Assembly: GCF_964194155.1 (NCBI RefSeq)
Contig: NC_135897.1
Location: forward strand, 63,550,001-63,614,000
DNA from: Cetorhinus maximus
Taxonomy: Eukaryota
Length of the DNA: 64,000 bases
Direction of reading: 5' to 3'
Shown: one piece after another, positions 25,020 to 35,664 of the stretch
Layout of the letters: every line of letters starts with the position of its first letter
How positions within the stretch are numbered: position 1 is the stretch's first letter
The notes under the pieces: model-generated
Told to the model about the DNA's origin: nothing
What the model saw: only the letters and a program-made list of their open reading frames with translations
Database searches by the model: none
Made by a program: the position numbers and the translations under genes

Positions 25020-25482
25020 GAAAATGAAGACTTGCATTCATGAGCATCTTTCACTGCTATAGGACTTCTCAACGCTTTTAGAGCCAGAGAAGCCATAGAC
25101 CTTTGAAGTGTAGTCACTGTTGTAATGTAGGAAATGCAGCAACCAATTTTCACACAGCAAGCTCCCACAAATAGCAATGTGACAATGACCAGATGATCTG
25201 TTTTTGTGTTGTTGATTGAGGTATAAATATTGGCCAGGACATTGGGATAACTCCCCTGCCTCAAAATATTGCCCTGGGATCTTTTATGTCCACCTGAGAG
25301 GGCGGATGGGGCTTCGGTTTAAGGTCTCATCCAAAACAAGCATCTGAGCCAGAGCAGAAATTCCTCAGTTCTGCACTGAAGCCGTCAGCCTTGATTTTTT
25401 GCGCTAAAGTCCTGGAGTTGGGAATACAACTCACAACCTTGTGACTCAGTGCGCTACTCGCCAAACTGAGCTACAGCTGACA
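25020..25482 (-). mobile_element. tRNA-headed DeuSINE (SacSINE1-like), near full length
   Basis: Minus-strand tRNA-like head (tgtcagctgtagctcagt...), Deu-domain-like core (tcctggccaatatttatacctcaatcaac...cttgctgtgtgaaaattggttgctgcatttcctacattacaacagtgactacacttcaaa) and an L2-type tail. Confidence 0.75.
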
Positions 25483-26102
25483 TAACAAGACGTGCAGGGA
25501 GCATAGTAAAATCAACCAAACGAGATTGCATCTTTTAAAAAATCGGAGATGCCAATGTCATGAACATTTTAAATTTTCAGCGCTGTGCCAATCACCTGAT
25601 GCTGAGCGAGTAAAGTCCCTCCCATGGCACTCTGACGCAGCGAGACTGTAAAAGGCTTTTCCTTTTTGCAAGTTACAGCTTGAAACTGTGTGCTTGTGTA
25701 TGTTATGGAGAAGTGGTGCATTATTTTATGTTAATATACATCTTAAAAATTATTTCCCCTCGAAAGCTCCTCCTCTAATGACCCTACCCTCACGACCTAC
25801 ACAAAATAATATTTTTTTTTCAACTTTTCCCCCCCTCCTCCTCAATGTGTTTGTGAAATATTTTCAGCAGATAGTTGGCTGCAGAGTGAGAGAGAGAGAG
25901 ACTGAGTGGTCTGGTATAGCGTTGCTGCTGCTGCCTACAGTGGGTTGTAAGTGAAGTCGAGGAGGAGTTGAGTTTGCCAGTGAAGTTTGGCTCATCCCCC
26001 ATCCCTCCTTCCCCGCCCCGTGGCCGTGGCCGCAGTGACCGGGGTTGCAAGGCAGCGAGCGACGGGCGGCTCTAACTTTCCCCTCAGAGTCTCTCAGTCT
26101 CA

Positions 26103-26123
26103 GTGTGTGTGTGTGTGTGTGTG
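26103..26123. repeat. (GT)n microsatellite in the DCUN1D1 promoter region
   Basis: gtgtgtgtgtgtgtgtgtgtg. Confidence 0.9.
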
Positions 26124-26235
26124 GAGGGGGGAGAGGGAGAGTGCGCTGCACTGCGCATGAGTGTCACCCACGGTGACTGCTAATTGTCCGTTTTTTTTTT
26201 CTTTTTATTTTTTAAAGAGGCCCGAGCGCTTGAAG

Positions 26236-26238
26236 ATG
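26236..26238 (+). CDS. DCUN1D1: DCUN1D1 first coding exon (initiator ATG only)
   Basis: gaagATG|GTGAGT lies inside the CpG island. The phase-0 join to exon 2 gives MNKLKSSQ, as in vertebrate DCUN1D1. Confidence 0.8.
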
Positions 26239-28884
26239 GTGAGTGTTTCTCAAATGATCTTTCACAATGTAATCGCGCCGGCGGGCGGGCGACTCCACGC
26301 CATCCCCCCCTCCCCCCTCCCTTTGGAGCGGCGGCCGCCGCTCGGGTTTGCTCCGGCTCGGCCTGGCCTGGCCTGGCCCTCCGGTTTCGCCACAAGCCGG
26401 GCCCCGGCTGCTGCCGCCGCCGCCTCTACTCCCACACCGCCCCCCCCACCCCCCCCCGCGCGCGCGACACACATTTCACCATTGAATAGCTTTCCCTTCC
26501 CCGCCGCCCCGTGTGAGCTCTATCAGGGAGGGCCCGAGTGACAGGCCCTCCCCTCCGTGGGACTCTCTCTACCGGCAGCCTAGAGGAAAGCGGTCGGCGC
26601 CATCGTCACTCGAGGCCCGCTGCTTTCCAGGCCTACAGCAGACGGATGTGTGCTGGGGGTTTTTTTTTAAACCCCCCCCCCCCTCCTCTCCATGATTTAT
26701 TTTTAAACTGAAATGTGGACGAGTTTGTGTAGCGGGGACTGGGGGGGGGGGTCGGTTTCACAGGCTGCCCTTCATATTCTGCATTATATAAACTCTTGCT
26801 GTCCTCTTCCCGTGTTTCTGTGCCTTTTTAAAAAATAAAATGCTCTCTTCCTCTCCCCCCCCTCCTCTCCTCTCCTCCAATGCCTTTCTGGTCTAAACTG
26901 CGCCACTGTAGAGGGTTTCTTGGGTTTTACTCCGTTTGTATTTATCTGGTAAATAGGAATAGCAACTCATTTTCTAATGGGGCGAATACTCTGTAGTTAA
27001 TGCCAACGCTTGCAACAACCATCTGTAAATGTTAGTTTTTATTAATTCTGTTTTAGGTTTATCAGTACTGCCATGGGGAAGGCTGCTTTTTAGTTTACCA
27101 AAAGTTGAAAGGATTGTGTTGGATACATTTTTATTTATGCAGCTCTTGCACAGTACCTTGCTGCTGTTCAATGATTCTTTCCTTGGTAGGATTTATTAAT
27201 CAGGACTTGATCATACTTGAACATTGTTAATATTTTGTGGCAAGTCTGATTTTTGGTCAAGCTGAATGTACAGTTTGCAAAGAAACCCTTTGTTGAGAAC
27301 TACTTTGCAAATAGGGACAAAAGTAGTTGCTGCATTCATTTGTGCTTCCGTATTTATCATGCAATTTTGAACCTATATGGAGAAACAAATTACTACCCCT
27401 GAATGAAGAACTAAGTCGTGTAATCGAAGGTTTCAAACCCCCAAAAAATTGCGCAGCTCTTGTGCTGTTGACTTAGGCCATTTGTAACAATATTAATTCT
27501 TTACGAGGTTAGCATGATTTAAATACTGAATATTGCTTTTCTGTTCTTTATCTTATAACGATGGGCATGTTGATATATATTGGCCTTGGAATTTCTTAGC
27601 AATTACTGTTTCTAAATGCTCTCACTTCAATGGTGATAGCCTAATCGTTCAGTCCTTGTGTAAATGTCACAGAATATCAAGAACATAGAATATGATAATG
27701 GTTGGTGTCTGTATTGATAGCTAAGTTAGAATGCTTTTGTGAAATGCATCTTAGGGTGTTTTTCAGGTCAATACAGTACACTTGATCACCCCATTTAACA
27801 CAGAAAACATTTGCTCCCTCCACCACAAGTGTACTATAGCTGTGATGTGTCCTGTCGACAGATAACAACACTACAGCAAGTTGTCAAAGCTCCTCCCAAA
27901 CCCACAACCTTCCACCTAGAAGGAGGAAAACAGGTGCATGGGAACAGCCATCACCCCCAGTGTCCTCTTCTAGCTACACAGCATCTATGCTTGGATATAT
28001 ATTGCTCTTTCTCTCTGGATCAAAACCCTGAAACTCATCTGACAGCATTGTCAGCACAACGTGTCACCACAATGACTGTGGTGGTTCAAAAAGAAAGTCC
28101 ACTGCCACTTTCTCAAGGACAACTAGCGATTGGGCAATAAATGTCAGAGATGCCTGTGTCTTGAGAATGAAACACTATAAAAGTTGAATTGAAACTGACT
28201 AAAAGTGGGACAAAATTACCGTTGTAATACCAGCTTTGCAGGTTATATTATCATTATGGGTTCTGAAAATTATGTTAAAATACACAAACAATATTTTCAC
28301 ACATCTCTTGTACTACTGTCATACATCATTAGTCTACAGGACGCTGCATGTCCATTTCACTACATTGAACTATTATTTTTCTTTTAGCAGAAATTTGGTT
28401 AGAAATTCCTAAGACTTTTCAAAAGTTAGTAACAAATTGAACAAACCTATTAGATTTCTCAGATCAGACTAGCTCATTTTGACTTTGTAATTTTAGTTCT
28501 TTAAAATTTATAAAAGTTTGTGCTTTGTTTTTGGATCACTTGTGCTTAGCTTGGCAAATTTAGGCAAAAAATTACATTATGTATGCAAGTAAGATGTGTT
28601 TATCTTTAATATTGATTTTTAACATTTCTGTCTTTCCCAGGAAGATCCCTAGGTTTTATCCTGGTCTGAGTTAGTTGATCTCAGCTAAGTTGCAATTTGG
28701 AGTTCTACAGTTGGTTTGAGTTGCTGGGTTAGAGAGGGCAAAATGAGCCAGGGTTCCTGCTTCTTGACTGTAATTCAGCAACCTAGCCTGGAAGTCCATG
28801 TGTGTGGACATTGGGTAAGGTTATCTGGATTGGGATCAGCTGTGATGCCCCCAGTGTTTGAATAGTGCACTGACACACAGTCAA

Positions 28885-29027
28885 ACTCTTTCGAGTTATC
28901 AACAGTCACAGATTGCAACTCTTTCGAGTACAATCACAGTTCTTGGTTTTCCGGGAGTGGGACATGAACCCACAACCCTCTGATTCAAAGGCGAGGGTGC
29001 TATGAACTGAGCCACAGCTGACACCTC
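28885..29027 (-). mobile_element. Short young tRNA-headed SINE, copy A
   Basis: Flanked by a 13-bp direct repeat GACACACAGTCAA (28872-28884, 29028-29040). tRNA-like head followed by a tail with a duplicated ACTCGAAAGAGTT. Confidence 0.8.
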
Positions 29028-31159
29028 GACACACAGTCAAGATTCACATGAATAATGGCTATCTAGGCAAGCTATTAGGGAACACCTGCAACTTGTGAAA
29101 CTAAACAGCAGCAAGTAGTCAATGAAGTGGGGAAGGAAATAAATTAGAAAGAAGGAAAACAAACTCCATCTTTTTTTTGAAGATGTTGAGATTGGAAAAA
29201 GAACTGATGCTCGCTTAATATCTTTTTGGAATTCTTTATTTAGTAAAGAGTTATTGAATGACCAGGTCAATTTTTGTTACTCTATTTTAGTTATGCATTA
29301 ATGTGTGAGTTTCCTTAGTATGTGGATTTTGAAAAAGGAACATTTGTTTTCAATCCCAGTAACTTTCTTGGGGTTGCAGAGTTACTTTTTAAAGCTACAT
29401 TTTGCAATTAAATGCAGGATGTTTAGATGCATATTGTAAAGTGTTATACTTTTGAATGCTTTGCAGTAAGATTTTGTGTATACGTTCAATGAGAAAATGC
29501 ATCCCACTGAGTCTGTGAATTTTTTATACCAGAAATCATGTTTCTCAGCATAGTTGGACAGCTATGATATTACTGTGCTCCATATTGTTTGTCTACTTTG
29601 TAAGAAAATTGTTTTATTGGAATCTTCTTCACAGATTGTATAAATCTTCCTTTGTGCAGATTTTAAAACATCTAAATTTTAATAATTAACTCCATTAAAA
29701 ATGCAGAGAATTCAAGTGAACCATGCTACATCCCACTAACTTCTGGAGCATAACATTTGAATGGAAAATTCTGATCTATGCATAAAGGATTTCCTAACTT
29801 TGTTTAAAACTCAGCATGGTGACTACAATTTACTTTTGAAGATTAATTACAATTGATAAATGTTTTTACTTTTTATATTTTGGCTGATTTGCTGAATGGT
29901 GGACTATGGAACTAAGAATTTAAAATAAGCTATTTTATTTGAATTCGATTTTTACAAATTGTTATCATAAGACCTTTAACCAATTTAAGAAATTTTAAGA
30001 TTCAACTTTTATTTGACTTGTGTAACTAGTGTCTTGAATCCATTTAAACAATTGTAGCTATTTCTATAATTTCTTATCTCTTAATCATTTAACACTTAAT
30101 AAATCACAATATTTAATTAAGAAGTTGTAACATTTTGAAAAGTATATGCGAAATCTGATCTCTCGTGAGATCTAATCCATTTGACAGATACACAGCATCT
30201 TGGGTTTCAGTCCAGAAATACATGCTCTAATGTCATTGGGATGCGCCAGATCAATCCTGTTTTTGGCACCAGGAAGCTATTTTTAGTTTCTATGAGGGAG
30301 GACAAAAACATATTTGGTGGTGCCTGTAACAAAATGTTAGTACAATGCTCATTTTGAGGTAGGGGGTGTACCCTTGGCTCCTTAATAATTTACACAAGCA
30401 TAGAAGATAAGTATGATTGGGTTATGCTTAAATAGAGTTGGGCTACATTTTGTGTGTGTTTTTCTGTTTTACTTCCATATGTTAGCTCACCTAGGCCTTA
30501 TTTTTGTTTCAGTATTTTAGCTACAATGGGGAAGATTAAAATAGCATAATTTAAGCCATGTCCAAAATATTCAAACAACTTCAAATTTTATTGAGTAAAA
30601 ATATTTTTTCCATTAGCATACAAAAAGAATATTCTACTAAATATTTGTTGCACACGTCCTGATAAATATGTTACTGAACAAAAATGTGGCTTTCCACTTT
30701 GTGCTGCGTTGGGCCTTGTATAGAATTTTTCGTCTGAATGTAATCCCAATTCTCTGTTAATTTCTGAGCTCTATTGTGATTTGCAGCTTTCCTGCTCTAT
30801 AATGAAACTGTATTCTTTGGAGTATTTCTATTCCACTACCTTGTGTGCTCTTGTAGATTCAGTTTCTGCTTCTCCCCCTGAGACTTTTCACTCTGCTGGC
30901 TAGATCTGATCTGTTCCTCCTGGTTCCCATCCTATTCTGGATGCTGTTCCTATGGTGCTCAATTATCTCTGCTGATAGCTGTTTGCTTCTGTGGTTACTG
31001 CTTCACCCTCTGGTTTCAATCTTCACCTCAACTCCGTTAAGCCACCCATTGCCAGATTTGGCTGGTCCACATTGAGTTCTTCTCTGCCAAAACTGCCCAC
31101 TACTCTGCGATCATCCTGGGCAATAAAGATAAGCCACACTTAACATCACTCCTGTTGAA

Positions 31160-31301
31160 GGTGTCAGCTGTGGCTCAGTTCATAGCACCCTCGCCTTTGA
31201 ATCAGAGGGTTGTGGGATCATGTCCCACTCCCGGAAAAACCAAGAACTGTGATTGTACTCGAAAGAGTTGCAATCTGTGACTGTTGATAACTCGAAAGAG
31301 T
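31160..31301 (+). mobile_element. Short young tRNA-headed SINE, copy B (inverted relative to A)
   Basis: Near-identical reverse complement of 28885-29027. Apparent TSD TTGAA. Inserted in an L2 fragment. Confidence 0.8.
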
Positions 31302-31639
31302 TTGAACTTCTCTCCCCTGTCCCTTCATCCTCCCCTCTAACAAGTGTGATGAGCTCTTAAATTTTCTTTGTTACTAAAATAGAACCTATCCTTTCCTTAG
31401 CTGCTTAACTCCCTACTCTTGACCATTAAGGCAAACCTTTCCCATGCTCCAGGAAGGGTGTTGCAGGGGTCAGGGGTTCTCAGAGCCCCTATCTCTCCCT
31501 CCAATATTGTCTATTTTGGACCTAAATCTGTCTTTTCTTTCTCTGTCATCTCATTTAATGTGCTCTTCAACCTCACTGTACCTATATCATTTCTACTACA
31601 GGCCTCTCTTTGTATCTCTGAATCTTGGAGGACAACGAC

Positions 31640-32830
31640 AATGACAATGATAATAACTTGTATTTATATAGTGCCTTAAAGTAATGAATTATCAAAAAAT
31701 GTCTCACAGAAGCATTATAAAAGAAAGTATAATGCCAGGCCACATAAGGAGATACTTGACCAAAGGTTTAATCAAAGAGGAAGATTTTAAGGCGCCTCAT
31801 AAAGATGAGTTAGATAGATGGCGGGGTGTAGGGAGGCAATTCCAGACCTTGGGGCCTAGGCAACTGAAGGCAGTGGTGGAGCAATTAAAATTAAGGATAC
31901 ACAAGAAGCCAAAATTAGAGGAATGCAGGTATCTCGGAGGGTTGTGGAGGAGATTGTAGAGATTGTGGACTGGAGGAGATTGTACAGATGGTGGGGCAAG
32001 GCCGTGGTAGCATTTGAAAACAAGGATGAGAATTTTAAAGTAAAGATGTTAAATGCTCAATCCATTCACCTGCAACAACGTTGCTTGAATACTTTGCTTG
32101 ATTGGACTCAAGGTAGTTCAGCAAGCACAAGAATGATAGGGCAATGGGACTTGCTGTGAGTTAAGACACAGGCAGCAGTTTTGGATGGCTTCAAGTTTAC
32201 TGATGGTAGAATATGGGAGGCCAGGCAGAAGTGCATTGGAATAGGTGGGTCGAGAGGTAACAAAGGCATGAATGAGGGTTCAGCAGCATGATGGGTGAAG
32301 TCAGGCAATGTTATGGAGTTGGAAATCCGAAGTTTACACCCTTAACCCTCGTTCCTCTTCTATGTGCTGCTTATTGGCAACTTTATCAGCAGATAAGGAG
32401 TCAGCTTCCTTGTGTGTGCTGATGATACCCAGCTCAACCTCTCCATCAGCTCCCTTGACAGACTGCTTATTTGACAGCCAGCCTTGGTTTAAGCCATGAA
32501 ACATTGAGAAGACCCAAGTTATCATCTTTGGCCTCACCACTGCCTCTGTCACATCCTGCACCAAGTCTTTCTATTGCATTAGCTGCCCTTGCTGACCTAC
32601 AATGTGCCTCCTAGTGCCTCCAATTTAAAATGCTTATCCCCTAAGAGGTCTCACCACCCTCATTTTGTAACTACCTCGAGCCCTATAAACCCCCTCCGAA
32701 ATCTTTCACATTCCCATCTCCCTGTCTTTAATAACTCTTTAACACCGCTTCTTTTACCAAGCTTTTAGTCAGTGCATCTAAGATCTCTTGCTTTGGCTCT
32801 GTCCCTTTTCTTAAAATCTTTGTCTCTGTG
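31640..32830. mobile_element. Two back-to-back L2 LINE 3' fragments (minus about 31640-32325, plus about 32335-32830)
   Basis: L2 tail acaacgacaatgacaat...ttgtatttatatagtgcc, then decayed RT C-terminal motifs (ADDTQL) after the strand switch. Confidence 0.65.
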
Positions 32831-34285
32831 ACGTTTGTCTTCAGTAAATGTGTTGTTTTTGCATTGTTTGGTTGACTGTGAAGTGCTGACAAAGCAGCAG
32901 ATCTTTTTGCTGAAATGTAATAGTTGCATTCATATGTATAGACACAACAGGTTGTCAGTCGTTCTTTGAAAGGAATGTGTTAATTCATACTGCAACTATA
33001 GATGTATTTATTTAAACTTTTTAAAAATCATTTTGTCAGTGTACTATTTTCTATAACTTACACTAATTACATAAGTGCATATATTTTATTTGTTATCCTA
33101 ATGGATTTGTTTGGCATATTAAGTAGAACTGCTGCAACTTTGATTATGTTGTGTAGAACCTGTGTACTTAATCTGGACTAGCTGATATCTGCGCCTCATG
33201 TTTTTCATTTAGGAGCTGCATGTTATAGAATCATAGAATGGTAATAGCACAGGAGAAGGCGATTTGGCTCATTATGTTCATGCTTGCTGTCTGTAAGAGT
33301 GACTCAGCTAGCCCCACTCCCCTTCCTTTACTCATATGCAGTTCCCTTTTGAAAGCCACAGTTAAATTTGCCTCTACCTTATGCTCGGCCAATGTATTCC
33401 AGATCCTAATCACTCGCAGCATAAAATAAGTTTCCTCATGTTCACCCACAGTCTATCACCATTTCCCAAATTGCTCACAGTATAACATCTGAAGCTACAA
33501 GTTGTCTATAACCTCTGTTCTTCCAGTTGACTTAGATGCGATGAAGGAGGGGGGCTTTGTTGCTTTATGGGAAATATTCTATCCCATTATTCTTGATGTC
33601 TGTCTATATTTCAGTTTAGAAACAAAGTAACCTCAAATTAACACCTTTTGAAAAAAAATTTTTTACTGTACATTGCTTATTTTCCCCTACTTGGCTTTCT
33701 CTGGTTAGGTTGAATTGAAGGTTTCCCAGTATTATCAGGATTCCTCTATGATCTCACGATATGATTTGAGCTGCTGAATTAGTTGACATATTCCCCAACT
33801 TCTAATGGCACAATATTTGAGCAATATTTTGTTTAATAATTTGACTTAAACCAAGGAAACCCAATTATGAAAGTGAATTCATCTGCAGCTATTGAACTTT
33901 CACTCTTTCACTTTTCTGGAAAGTTAAATCCACAAGTATTTGGGCAATAAAGCATCCTTTTTATGGTATTAATGCTTATAATTTACAGATATAACTAATA
34001 TAGTTGCTAAATTTAGTGAAGAATGAGATGAAAAAATGAGCCATACTCTATGCATCAGTTATGCAGGATCATTACAATGGGCACCTGTAGTTAAAAGGCT
34101 GATGATCTTTTTTTAAAAATAAAACTTAATGTTGAATGGGATCAGCTTTTTTTTTGCAGTGGCATATGCTAAGTGCTCTGGGACTTGGTTGGTTGTGTGT
34201 CTAAGTATCTGCATATTTGTAAAACTTGACCAAGTAATCAAAGCATAAGCTAAGCACTAACAACTTGTTCCTTTATTCTATGCAG

Positions 34286-34502
34286 AACAAGCTGAAGTCC
34301 TCACAGAAGGATAAAGTGCGTCAGTTTATGGTCTTCACACAGTCCAGTGAGAAAACTGCAGTATGTTGTTTATCGCAGAATGACTGGAAGTTAGATGTTG
34401 CTACAGACAATTTTTTTCAAAATCCAGAACTTTATGTTCGTGAAAGTCTGAAAGGTTCATTGGATAGAAAGAGATTAGAACAATTATACCATAGATACCG
34501 AG
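34286..34502 (+). CDS. DCUN1D1: DCUN1D1 (DCN1-like protein 1) exon 2, UBA-like domain
   Basis: 217 bp, tatgcAG...GAG|[78 protein letters not shown] has DCUN1D1-type rather than DCUN1D2-type residues. Confidence 0.97.
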
Positions 34503-35664
34503 GTAAGTGCAATTTTTGCATTTTTAAAGCATAAATTTATTTCATTAAAGTGTGGGACTTCTTTCAAAGCTACAGTCAATGGCTTTGATCTATAACACTT
34601 TGCCTTTAGGATCTTTTTAGAGTTATTGAAATATATGTCCTGGCCTTCTGTACAGCTTTTGTAGTATTTGAGTCCACTCCTAAGAGGTCATTACTTTTTC
34701 AAAGAAGGAACTAATTGGACTAGTTGTTTTAAGTATTCCAGTGCCATAGTAGAATGGGCTGATTTCATTTCAGTTTTGTATCATAGATTATACCTATGTT
34801 TCACGAGAAATCCATGTCATTAAAAATAGACAGGGCACATTTTGCAAGGAAGTACAAATTGAAGGCAAATCAACGCATGTACACTTTTAGTAACTGACTG
34901 AAAAGGCATTGGTATGGAACAATTGTAGCCAAGGCTTTGATCCTGTTTGCAGATGTATCCGCGTACAGGCATCCATGTTGTGAGCAGCGTTCCCAACATT
35001 TGTTTTCCTAATGTGTGCAGTTATATGGGACAGTAAACATTACAGTTTGACTACTTTCTGCTAAATTGCCACATGATATTCAATGATGCAAATAGATATA
35101 CTTGTAAACTTTTCTGCGTGTAAGACATCTGTGGGATGTGTGGGTCACAATCTGCTATGTTGTGCATGATTAGACTTGAGGGTTCTTTGCAAATTATCTA
35201 TATCTAGGCTTTAACTAATAATTCTGCTTTTTTAATATTGATTTTTCTACCGTTATCCCATTTCTTCACAAATGGTGATGTGATAGATTATGGTTTATGG
35301 CTGGAAGAAGACCTCTGGTACCTCACTCAACAGCAGCTCTTAATGTGTGCCTGGATAGTAAATGTTGGCAAACTATTCATCTGTGGGAGTGTCACAGTTG
35401 TGCCCACTCCTGTATTTTTCTTGAATTCCAAATGTATTCTATCAAGGGTAGCTGCTGCATAGCAATCAGGAATGAGTCCTGATCATTTATTTTTCTGCAT
35501 CACTCAAACCTTGAGGTCACTAAATCCAAATGTAGTGGCCTCTTTGCAGTTGTCTGATGGATCAAACCTGGGGACATGCAAGATCTGTATGATTGAGTCA
35601 CAGTGTATATAGTGCATTAACTCAAAGTTCAATTTGGAGGGGAGCTCTATACAGCTGCTTAGAG

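Larger units (their letters stand above)
25950..26760. promoter_or_regulatory. CpG island / promoter-first-exon region of DCUN1D1
   Basis: Sharp rise in GC and CpG content around the ATG exon. Contains GC boxes and an NRF1-like tgcgcatg at about 26152. Confidence 0.8.

Noticed and set aside
26161-26695. Several overlapping Pro/Ala/Gly-rich ORFs
   Set aside because: These are by-products of the GC-rich CpG island in DCUN1D1 intron 1, with no recognisable domain.
28885-28935. Repeat-spacer-repeat (AACTCTTTCGAGT x2) resembling a CRISPR array
   Set aside because: Only two short units, in a eukaryotic context, and explained as the SINE tail.
31160-31235. tRNA gene
   Set aside because: The A/B-box-like head lacks a proper cloverleaf and is followed by a SINE tail with a TSD.
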